From a virus (taxonomy: Duplodnaviria > Caudoviricetes), in IMG/VR virus record IMGVR_UViG_3300011422_000008, positions 1 through 53,221 of that record: DNA of 53,221 nucleotides; one strand, 5' to 3'. The position numbers were made by a program, and so were the translations under genes. How positions within the stretch are numbered: the stretch's first letter is position 1; each line of letters opens with the position of its first letter. Below are positions 24,662-31,853 of this stretch, in pieces. The notes beneath the pieces were generated by a model. It worked only from the letters and a program-made list of their open reading frames with translations, did not search any database and had not been told where the DNA came from.

Positions 24662-25801
24662 TCATAATGATAATTCTCTTTGCTTGTCTTTGAGGCAGTA
24701 CGGACTGAACCAGATTCTTTCTCGAGCGCGATTGGCTTTACCGCGTTCGGAGCGGCTGTAACCTCCGTGAGCTTTCCAGGTGACACACTCCCAGGATGCA
24801 GGCATTTTGTGTTCTCCCTCGTACCCGCAGAGAGCAATCCTCATTTTCGGGTTGTCGCCATGGGCAAGGGCCCATTCGCAGACTTCGGCAGAGACGTTAT
24901 GGTCCTCGGAGTAGCAGCGCTCCCGGAGGTCCTGGGAATAGGGGGGATCGAGAAAGACTCCGGTTAAGCCGATATAGGTTGTGACGCTTGGGGTCAGGAC
25001 TCGCTTCCAGTCCCCGCAACAGACGCGGACACGACGGAGGCGAGCGGCCAGGGTGTTGAGGTACTCGTAGAGCCCGATGGTCCATTGCACGCCATTACTG
25101 AGCATGCCGCGTTGGGAGCCGCTGCCATCGCCGGAGAGTTGTGGAGTCTGCCGGCTGAGAGACGGAGCAATGACACCAGAGCCTCCTCCGGCCCCTCCTC
25201 CCTGCCAGCGCCGATGAACGCCGATCCCCTGCCCGTTGCCGGTTCCGGAGAATCGCTTTTTGTGAACGCCTGGACTTCCTCCGCTCCCGGTTGCGAGCGG
25301 ACGCTTCTGGGCAATCGTCAGACCCTGATCTCCTGTGAGTTGAGGGCGCCGTTTCTGGTCCACGCCGTAGCCGCCTTTGCCACATTGCTCTTTTCCCTGG
25401 CACCAGCCTGAGCCAATCCAGAGGCATTGACCCCAGACCCACCAGCCCGCGATCTTGGCATCATAGTAGTGAGGATCGGTCATGGTCTTTTCAGCATTGG
25501 CTCGGGCGACTTCAACGAGCCATTTGTGGCGGGCGTGAAGGTCGGCTTCATTGACTGGGGAATCAGCGTAGAATGCGACGGCATCGGGGTCGTACTGAAG
25601 AGCTCTCCAAAAGTTCGCGAGGTAGCAATCCAGATCATTGACGGTTTCAATACGCGGCTCATGTGGCCGGCCCAGGAGCACGGCGCCAGAGCCAAAGAAC
25701 GGTTCATTGTAGCTGGAGACGTTGCCGAACCTGGACCAGACCAAACCGGCTACACGGCTTTTGCCGCCGAACCAGGGAAAAGGAGCGCGGAGTTTAGTCA
25801 T
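24662..25801 (-). CDS. D12-class (Dam-like) N6-adenine DNA methyltransferase
   Basis: PFPWFGGKS, EPFFGSGAV, VNDLD and FLDPPY. Confidence 0.9.
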   Translation of the reverse strand: MTKLRAPFPWFGGKSRVAGLVWSRFGNVSSYNEPFFGSGAVLLGRPHEPRIETVNDLDCYLANFWRALQYDPDAVAFYADSPVNEADLHARHKWLVEVARANAEKTMTDPHYYDAKIAGWWVWGQCLWIGSGWCQGKEQCGKGGYGVDQKRRPQLTGDQGLTIAQKRPLATGSGGSPGVHKKRFSGTGNGQGIGVHRRWQGGGAGGGSGVIAPSLSRQTPQLSGDGSGSQRGMLSNGVQWTIGLYEYLNTLAARLRRVRVCCGDWKRVLTPSVTTYIGLTGVFLDPPYSQDLRERCYSEDHNVSAEVCEWALAHGDNPKMRIALCGYEGEHKMPASWECVTWKAHGGYSRSERGKANRARERIWFSPYCLKDKQRELSL

Positions 25802-26037
25802 GGGAGTTTGGGTTTGCTACAGTGTGGACATTGGCCGGCATAGCAGACCGGGCAGATGATTTTGCCAGGGTGGATTACTCCATCGAATTCGAGTTCGTAA
25901 AATCGGCGGTCAACACTTTTGTACCGCTTCTGATCGCCGCCATGGTAGAGAGCGCAGTAGATCCAGGCATTGGTACCAGCCATTCCTCGGGAAAGGGTGA
26001 GTTCTGTGATACGGGCTTTAACTTCTTCGCTCGTCAT
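25798..26037 (-). CDS. Hypothetical protein with C-terminal Zn ribbon
   Basis: CPVC..CPHC; GGAGG RBS. Confidence 0.55.
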   Translation of the reverse strand: MTSEEVKARITELTLSRGMAGTNAWIYCALYHGGDQKRYKSVDRRFYELEFDGVIHPGKIICPVCYAGQCPHCSKPKLP

Positions 26038-26111
26038 CCTCCTTTTTGCATCAGCAAGAACTTCAGCGGGACGGGGGTTAGAGTGGATTGTAGGATTTTA
26101 GTGATGCTCGC

Positions 26112-26360
26112 TCATAGGACCTTCATTATGGGTTTGACGATGCTCAGCTTTTGAGGCTGGAGCGGTTTGTTGAATGTGAGGATCTGCTGCCAAATCTTGC
26201 CGGTCCAGAGGAGGGCAAGGCGCTCGAGGAGGGTGAGTTTCCAGAGGCAGGTGATGCAGCCTTGCGGGTCGCTACGGTCGACGTAGGCCGGCAGCGGAAG
26301 GTACTCCTTCTGGTCTTTGGCGAAAACGGCAGTGGCTTCTTTGAAGTTTGAGATTTTCAT
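26112..26360 (-). CDS. Conserved phage hypothetical protein
   Basis: AKDQKEYLPLPA...WKLT..ER..TFNKPLQP. Confidence 0.7.
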   Translation of the reverse strand: MKISNFKEATAVFAKDQKEYLPLPAYVDRSDPQGCITCLWKLTLLERLALLWTGKIWQQILTFNKPLQPQKLSIVKPIMKVL

Positions 26361-26372
26361 AAGGATTTTGGT

Positions 26373-26612
26373 TTAGCGATCGTAGCAGGAGGGTCCGCCT
26401 TCGAAGGCCTGGATGGCTTTGCCCAGGCGCATCCGGGCATCCTCGAGATGCCGGTACGAGAGCATGATGTTTTCGCGGATTTCGGAGTGAGTCGCCGGCA
26501 GAAGGTTGATCTGTTCGACGTCAGAATGCCTCAAGAGCGCGCGAACGTTATTGGCGAGGGTGAGGGCTTGAAGCCGGAGGTCGTTACAGGATTCTTTGAA
26601 TTCTTTTTCCAT
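26373..26612 (-). CDS. Small helical-hairpin protein (possible Acb2/Tad1-like)
   Basis: NIMLSYRHLEDARMRLGKAIQA. Confidence 0.55.
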   Translation of the reverse strand: MEKEFKESCNDLRLQALTLANNVRALLRHSDVEQINLLPATHSEIRENIMLSYRHLEDARMRLGKAIQAFEGGPSCYDR

Positions 26613-26618
26613 AGGGTT

Positions 26619-26837
26619 CTACTTGGTTTTGGGTTTGGGAACGAACCGGACAAAAACTTGTTTGCATCCGGCCTCATCAGAATCAGGCTTTAGACGGCGG
26701 ATGAGCACGTAATCTGTGCCGGCAATTACCCGTCGAAGGCCGTCATACAGGAATGGATTTTTTGTTGGATCAGGCATGCCCAGGCGGCAGAGGCGATCGT
26801 AGAGCTGGAACCGGACCATTTTTGACGGTAGGAGCAT
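26619..26837 (-). CDS. Hypothetical protein
   Basis: ORF in operon context. Confidence 0.45.
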   Translation of the reverse strand: MLLPSKMVRFQLYDRLCRLGMPDPTKNPFLYDGLRRVIAGTDYVLIRRLKPDSDEAGCKQVFVRFVPKPKTK

Positions 26838-26848
26838 GGGTTAAAATC

Positions 26849-26910
26849 GGGGAGGTCGCCGGTCCACTTCTCCTTCACCTTTCGGTTACTGTTCCGGTCG
26901 GAGCCTCCCC
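26849..26910. promoter_or_regulatory. Intergenic hairpin with pyrimidine-rich loop
   Basis: GGGGAGG/CCTCCCC and CCGG/CCGG stems. Confidence 0.55.
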
Positions 26911-26926
26911 CTCATTTTGGAATGCG

Positions 26927-27244
26927 TTAGAGTGTGGTCCGCGAGATGAGCCGGGAGGTTTCAGTGTCCATATCCCGAAGAGCACCAGCGAAGCTCCGGA
27001 GCTTGTCTACGAGCTCGCTTGAGGGTGGCCGGATCTTCTCGCCAGCGCCAGGAGGCGCCTTGTCGGCGGTATCAGGCATAAGCGCCGGCTCAATCTTGTT
27101 CGCCAGGGCCCGGAGACTGTCGTCCAGGTGTTTGATGACATTTTGGAGGTCATCGAGAGCAACCGCGCATTCACTGATTTGCTCTGGTTCCGAGGACATT
27201 TGGTTACAGGGTCCGGGGAAGGATCTATCGATTTTTGGTTTCAT
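26927..27244 (-). CDS. Coiled-coil hypothetical protein
   Basis: Heptad pattern; operon context. Confidence 0.6.
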   Translation of the reverse strand: MKPKIDRSFPGPCNQMSSEPEQISECAVALDDLQNVIKHLDDSLRALANKIEPALMPDTADKAPPGAGEKIRPPSSELVDKLRSFAGALRDMDTETSRLISRTTL

Positions 27245-28613
27245 TGGCTATTGGGATCTGCTGTTGGTTTTCGGTCGAGGAAACTGGAGTCGCCGTCAAG
27301 AGCGTCGGACAAATCAAGCTGAGAATTTTAACAGCTTCAACTTCGAACACCTTCAGGCGATTAGAAAAATCGCGATGCTGAATTACAAGAGCATGTATCT
27401 GGAGAGCCATCGTACAATCTCCTTGGCGAAAATCATCATGGTTCAGAACCCGTTCAATGGCGGCGAGGTCATTGTGCATTTGCGAGGCACAAGCAAGGGC
27501 CCGCTCCCGTTCAGGTGATTTTGCGGTGTTGGCATCCGGCAACGGGATCTTGTCCATCCTCAGAGCCCTTTCGACCCGTTCCCGAAATTTCGGCGTAAGC
27601 CAGAAGCCTTCTGAGTTTCCCGTTTCCGCAGCCTCCCGCGCGGAGGCTAGATTTTCGGACATCATATCCTCCAGGAGTCTCCGGAAAGTTTGGATCTGAG
27701 TGTCGGCTTTGATGAGGTCGAGCTCAGCGTTAATGCGGAGAACGTCGATGCAGGCGCCACACTCGCCGCCAAATTCTTCGAATTTATTGAGCTGAGGTAC
27801 GTGCCGATGCCGCATGCATCGGCAGTAGAGAAGAGGCTCCTCACGGTCCTGGTTCTTCAGCGTATCGAGTGCCTGGGTGAGATTCTCCCTTTGGCTCTGA
27901 AGATTGAGAATCGTTTGCTTCTGCCGTTCCCATTGCTCAACCAGTTCCCGCGCGGAAGTGGTCAGCGCTATTCGTCCCCTATTGCATCGAAGGATGTCGG
28001 CGAGCTCGTTCTCAGTTTGAATGTGATCCGGCTGCATCATCACCAAACCATTGATCGTCTCTACTTGCCCTTTGATGATGCGCTCTGCGGCTTCAACCCG
28101 CTCGCGCTGGTCCATTTCCCGATCGATCGCTCTGCAAGTGTCCTCGTAGGCTTGGCTCCAGTACGGGGATTCCCTGGTAATCCGCTCTTTGGCGGTCTCT
28201 CTTGTGTTCTGAATGCTCGCGGTCGAAATCGCGGCGAGCTGCATCAGCCATTGTTCTCCGATGGTGTCTTTCCATTTCCTTAATGCCGCCGACGCGCAGT
28301 TGCGAGCGGTTGGATCTCCGTAATCCAGTTTCGCGCCGAGAGACTCATTGATCCCGTCCATCCATTTCTGATCGCGCCGGTTGGCTTCTGCGATCGCGGC
28401 GTCCCGTTCCCTGATAAGCGCTTCGATTCTCATTTTGTATTCCTTCTCGGACGAAGCGAAGCCAATTTCCTTTCTCAACATCTCCAGGTCGTACTCCTGT
28501 CCTGGATGATCCGGATGAGTGGCTAGAACATTAAATGGATCGGGTTTCCAACAGATGATTGTCCATCCGGCCTTATTGGCTTTTTCAAGCAATTCATCAT
28601 TGGGTGTCTTCAT
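27225..28613 (-). CDS. Mosaic coiled-coil hypothetical protein
   Basis: Long ORF, ATGA-coupled to the upstream gene. Confidence 0.65.
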   Translation of the reverse strand: MKTPNDELLEKANKAGWTIICWKPDPFNVLATHPDHPGQEYDLEMLRKEIGFASSEKEYKMRIEALIRERDAAIAEANRRDQKWMDGINESLGAKLDYGDPTARNCASAALRKWKDTIGEQWLMQLAAISTASIQNTRETAKERITRESPYWSQAYEDTCRAIDREMDQRERVEAAERIIKGQVETINGLVMMQPDHIQTENELADILRCNRGRIALTTSARELVEQWERQKQTILNLQSQRENLTQALDTLKNQDREEPLLYCRCMRHRHVPQLNKFEEFGGECGACIDVLRINAELDLIKADTQIQTFRRLLEDMMSENLASAREAAETGNSEGFWLTPKFRERVERALRMDKIPLPDANTAKSPERERALACASQMHNDLAAIERVLNHDDFRQGDCTMALQIHALVIQHRDFSNRLKVFEVEAVKILSLICPTLLTATPVSSTENQQQIPIANETKNR

Positions 28614-28954
28614 ATTTTGGGTGCGTTGAACAGTTGCTCGAGATACCGCTCGAGCTCGGGGTTTTTCTTGAGCGGTCTTTGAGTCCAAAGCCATGCGAGG
28701 TAGTGCGGGGGGACATCTCGGAGGAGAGTCCCTTGGTGCTTGCCGAAAGGCATAATCGAGTCCTCCGTGAGTGTGGGGCCTTCTGCCTTCGGAGTTTCAT
28801 CGTCGTTGGTTGTGGCCTGGGGTTCCGGACGGTTCGCCGATCGGTGTTCGAATTCGGCGAGCACGGCCTCAACGGCATTGGCCACTTGTCGGAGCGTTTC
28901 GACGTCCAGCTCATGCAACCATTCGAGCAGTTTCGCGAGTTGGTCTGTGGTCAT
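28610..28954 (-). CDS. DUF3820/ExoX C-terminal-like protein
   Basis: MPFGKHQGTLLRDVPPHYLAWL motif. Confidence 0.7.
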   Translation of the reverse strand: MTTDQLAKLLEWLHELDVETLRQVANAVEAVLAEFEHRSANRPEPQATTNDDETPKAEGPTLTEDSIMPFGKHQGTLLRDVPPHYLAWLWTQRPLKKNPELERYLEQLFNAPKI

Positions 28955-29184
28955 GGTCTGAATCTAAACTCGAAAAGCAGATAGGCCTTGCCCTCGCCGG
29001 CCTCCTGGTATCCGAGAATGTTTTTGGCCTGTTCGGGAGTTCTGACGTTTACGGTCTTGCCGTCGACTTTCACCTTTCCGATCGAGGTCCATTTCTGATC
29101 GGATTCGAGAGTCCATTCATGCCAGAGCTCGGGGCGAACCCGCCACTCAATGACGCGAGAGAGTTTTTTTCCTTTGGGGCGCAT
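28951..29184 (-). CDS. Hypothetical protein
   Basis: Coupled ORF; start uncertain. Confidence 0.4.
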   Translation of the reverse strand: MRPKGKKLSRVIEWRVRPELWHEWTLESDQKWTSIGKVKVDGKTVNVRTPEQAKNILGYQEAGEGKAYLLFEFRFRP

Positions 29185-29305
29185 AGAAATAGAGCATGTA
29201 GTACTTGCAGCGTTTTCGCGTGCAGGTGTAAACCCGGCCTGAGCCATCGGGGAAGTTTCGATTACGAACGAACAGGGCTCTTTTTTTGCAAATCGGGCAA
29301 TGCAT
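29147..29305 (-). CDS. Small zinc-ribbon protein
   Basis: MHCPICK...YTCTRKRC. Confidence 0.45.
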   Translation of the reverse strand: MHCPICKKRALFVRNRNFPDGSGRVYTCTRKRCKYYMLYFYAPQRKKTLSRH

Positions 29306-29624
29306 CGTGTGTTCCAATTTCGCTTTCAGTATCCGTTGCCAATACGGATTCAACAAGCTAAATTTTCACTATCCGCATGCCTACGGATTTTCGACTATTT
29401 GAGGCATACCCGAAATCTGCAAGTGGCGCTAAAGCTGTAACTTGCGAAAAGTGCTCAGAGCACCTCAGCCACCTTGCGCTTAGAACGGCACGGAACTTGC
29501 GACGGTCCGAAAGCGTCAGTCCATGAAGGACAACCTTTGCGAGGAGTTTTGGCCCGGATTTTTGGAAATGGGCAGGTGGGATGCCGGCAGGTAAAACAGC
29601 GTCCAATGAGGGTCGAGAAAGTTT

Positions 29625-29885
29625 TCAAAGCGCTTTGGCTCCGCGGGCCGCGCCCTCAGCAATGGCGCCCATGGTCGCGGCATCAGGACTGGTTTTTTGC
29701 ATCTCGAGAGAAAACTCAAATCCGTTCTGGTCCTGGGTCCGGACCTTCACGCCTTCGCTAATCCAAAGGAACCGGCTTGAGCGGATGGTGAGGGTCGAAC
29801 CGTCTGGAAGAGTGCGCGTGCCGGAAGTGACGGCGCACCCGCCGCAGAGCGCGGCGAGTGCGATGAAGGAGAGAAGCCCTTTCAT
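29625..29885 (-). CDS. Small lipoprotein
   Basis: Signal peptide with lipobox-like LCGGC. Confidence 0.65.
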   Translation of the reverse strand: MKGLLSFIALAALCGGCAVTSGTRTLPDGSTLTIRSSRFLWISEGVKVRTQDQNGFEFSLEMQKTSPDAATMGAIAEGAARGAKAL

Positions 29886-30406
29886 AGACCCGGTTTGCCG
29901 GCATCCTTGAGCGCGAGGTCGATGCTCTCGTAAAAGAGCTCACAGACTGCGATCGACCAATGCTCATCGGGGATCCCCGCCGTAGTCCGGTCCTCAAGGA
30001 AGATTTTGTAGAGCGCGATCGCAGCGTTCTTCGCGTCGATGGCCTCGGGCGGCATCTTGGTCTGAAGCTGCATCGTCGCTTCGTTGATCGTGCTAATCAG
30101 GTAAGCGGAAGAGAAGGTTTTGGTTTCCGCCATTTCGCGGAACACTCTTCCGATGGCGCGCGCGTAACCGGCGATTTCATCCGCGTGGTCTGGCGAGCGA
30201 ATGATAGCGCGGCGAAGGGCCGATGAAACGGCTGGCACCAGTGCATCCTTGGCCCTTTCGAGCTTCAGAAAGTCCAAAGTGGTCGTCACGTTAGTACCAT
30301 TGTTCACGGTTTTGCATCCGGTCGTTCCGACTGGAAGCAGGTAAAGGCAGATGGCCAGGAACGGCATGGCTGCGATGTAGAGGATAGGTTGTATGTACTT
30401 TTTCAT
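29882..30406 (-). CDS. Lipoprotein
   Basis: MKK plus hydrophobic stretch plus TTGC. Confidence 0.65.
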   Translation of the reverse strand: MKKYIQPILYIAAMPFLAICLYLLPVGTTGCKTVNNGTNVTTTLDFLKLERAKDALVPAVSSALRRAIIRSPDHADEIAGYARAIGRVFREMAETKTFSSAYLISTINEATMQLQTKMPPEAIDAKNAAIALYKIFLEDRTTAGIPDEHWSIAVCELFYESIDLALKDAGKPGL

Positions 30407-30570
30407 GTGTTTTCTTGTTGGTTTGACTGTCTCGTGAGTATAAGCCATTTCCAGGCATCTTCACGAGCTTCTTTGAGCTCTTCCGGATATGGCTCAAAAT
30501 CCTGGCAAAGGATTCCCAGGCGTTCCTCGCGCCGGTAGCTCATCTCTTCCGCGATTTCCCGGAGGGTCAT
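30403..30570 (-). CDS. Small hypothetical protein
   Basis: YRREERLGILC motif; coupled ORF. Confidence 0.5.
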   Translation of the reverse strand: MTLREIAEEMSYRREERLGILCQDFEPYPEELKEAREDAWKWLILTRQSNQQENT

Positions 30571-30857
30571 TTGGCGGTTTCGAGGATGCGCTTGCAGTTG
30601 GAGCAAAGCAGGCGGGCCTTGCACATGGCTTTGGTGAGAACTTCGAGATTGCACCGGGAGCCGGCCAGTCTCGAGACCGACCATTCCCCGGGAGCCGGGG
30701 CCGCGAATTCCATTACCTCAGCGGGGAAGATTTGGCCGCATTTTTTGCATGGGTGACTCGCTTTGAAGCTCCAAACGTATTCCATGTTGCGCCGGTAACC
30801 GTCTGCCCGGACTTCCGCGGGAGTTTTGGGTGTTTGGGGTTGGGATTTTTTCTTCAC
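30567..30857 (-). CDS. Degenerate HNH-like zinc-binding protein
   Basis: PCKKCG..VMEF...LLCSNCKR; expected His residues are absent. Confidence 0.6.
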   Translation of the reverse strand: MKKKSQPQTPKTPAEVRADGYRRNMEYVWSFKASHPCKKCGQIFPAEVMEFAAPAPGEWSVSRLAGSRCNLEVLTKAMCKARLLCSNCKRILETAK

Positions 30858-30865
30858 GAGCCGAC

Positions 30866-30894
30866 CATAACGGGAAATGTCTTGCAGCGCAATC
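30866..30894 (-). promoter_or_regulatory. Putative promoter at the early/late divergence point
   Basis: TTGCGC-N17-TATGGT in the ~60-bp divergent gap. Confidence 0.45.
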
Positions 30895-30917
30895 CGTTTC
30901 CATACAGATTCAAACCG

Positions 30918-31571
30918 ATGAACACACTTGCTGTTTCAAAACCATCCATCACACCGGTTCAACGCGCGGCCATTGAGGCTGAAATCATAGATGACCTGAT
31001 TTACTGGAAAAAATCCGAAGATAAGCGTCATGACGCTATTCCGATAGCCAGGGCGGCTATCTTGCGGGCCAAAGAGCTCAAAATTTGGGAGTCCAAATTC
31101 ACCGATTTCAAAACGTGGCTCGCTGAGGAGTGCGAGATAACGGAAGCCTGGGCGTACAAGCTCATGAATTCGGCGAAAATGCTCCAGGACATCAAAAAGA
31201 TTGCTGGCGAGCAAAAACGGTTGGATCCCTTGAATGAACCGGAGAACAAACAGGCACTCGAACAGATTTCTGAGAGAGCGGCTGATGAGCTGAAGAAATT
31301 GCCGACCGCGAAAGCGGCCATGGCGGCACTGAACGCTCTCCAGAAGAAGAAGGGGCAGGTTCCGACCGTATCCGAAATCAAAAAGGAGATCGTCGCTTTG
31401 ATTCCTCCGGAGGAAAGGCAACCTCCTCGGGCGACACCTTCAAAGCAGCATCCAATCCTGCTTGCGTTCGATCAGGAATGGGAGCTGATCAAGCTGGATG
31501 TCGACAAATTCAAGATTAAGCCCGAGATGGTCTATACCCGGTTGCGGGTTGCCGTCGAAGATGCCCTATGA
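30918..31571 (+). CDS. Hypothetical DNA-binding/helical protein
   Basis: LRAKELKIWESKFTDFKTWLAEEC..AYKLM resembles DUF3102-type N-termini. Confidence 0.55.
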   Translation: MNTLAVSKPSITPVQRAAIEAEIIDDLIYWKKSEDKRHDAIPIARAAILRAKELKIWESKFTDFKTWLAEECEITEAWAYKLMNSAKMLQDIKKIAGEQKRLDPLNEPENKQALEQISERAADELKKLPTAKAAMAALNALQKKKGQVPTVSEIKKEIVALIPPEERQPPRATPSKQHPILLAFDQEWELIKLDVDKFKIKPEMVYTRLRVAVEDAL

Positions 31572-31825
31572 CAGAAAAGGAATATCCGGAGCCTCCAGAA
31601 GCAAACGCCTGTGGCGGCTATTATTGTTCTGAGGAGCATGGGCACATAGATTGCACGAAGCATGAAGATCCGGCTTTGGTTCATCCGCGAGACAGAGAAA
31701 GCACGGCTTTACTGCAAATTTCCACCGCCAGAGGATCTGGTCCCGGGGGATTGTATTTGGATCCCTCGGAGCATCGTCGAGCACACCACGAAGCGAGGCA
31801 TCGAACACGAGGTAGAGCTGCCTGA
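31568..31825 (+). CDS. Hypothetical protein overlapping the next gene
   Basis: ATGA-coupled; Cys/His-rich N-terminus. Confidence 0.3.
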   Translation: MTEKEYPEPPEANACGGYYCSEEHGHIDCTKHEDPALVHPRDRESTALLQISTARGSGPGGLYLDPSEHRRAHHEARHRTRGRAA

Positions 31826-31853
31826 TTGGTTCATCGAGAAATCCGGCTTGTGA
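31662..31853 (+). CDS. Small conserved phage protein
   Basis: RETEKARL...WIPRS...LPDWFIEKSGL; GTGA-coupled to terminase. Confidence 0.65.
   Translation: MKIRLWFIRETEKARLYCKFPPPEDLVPGDCIWIPRSIVEHTTKRGIEHEVELPDWFIEKSGL

Noticed and set aside
29358-29606. 82-aa - strand ORF
   Set aside because: No motif or clear RBS; coding status could not be supported.
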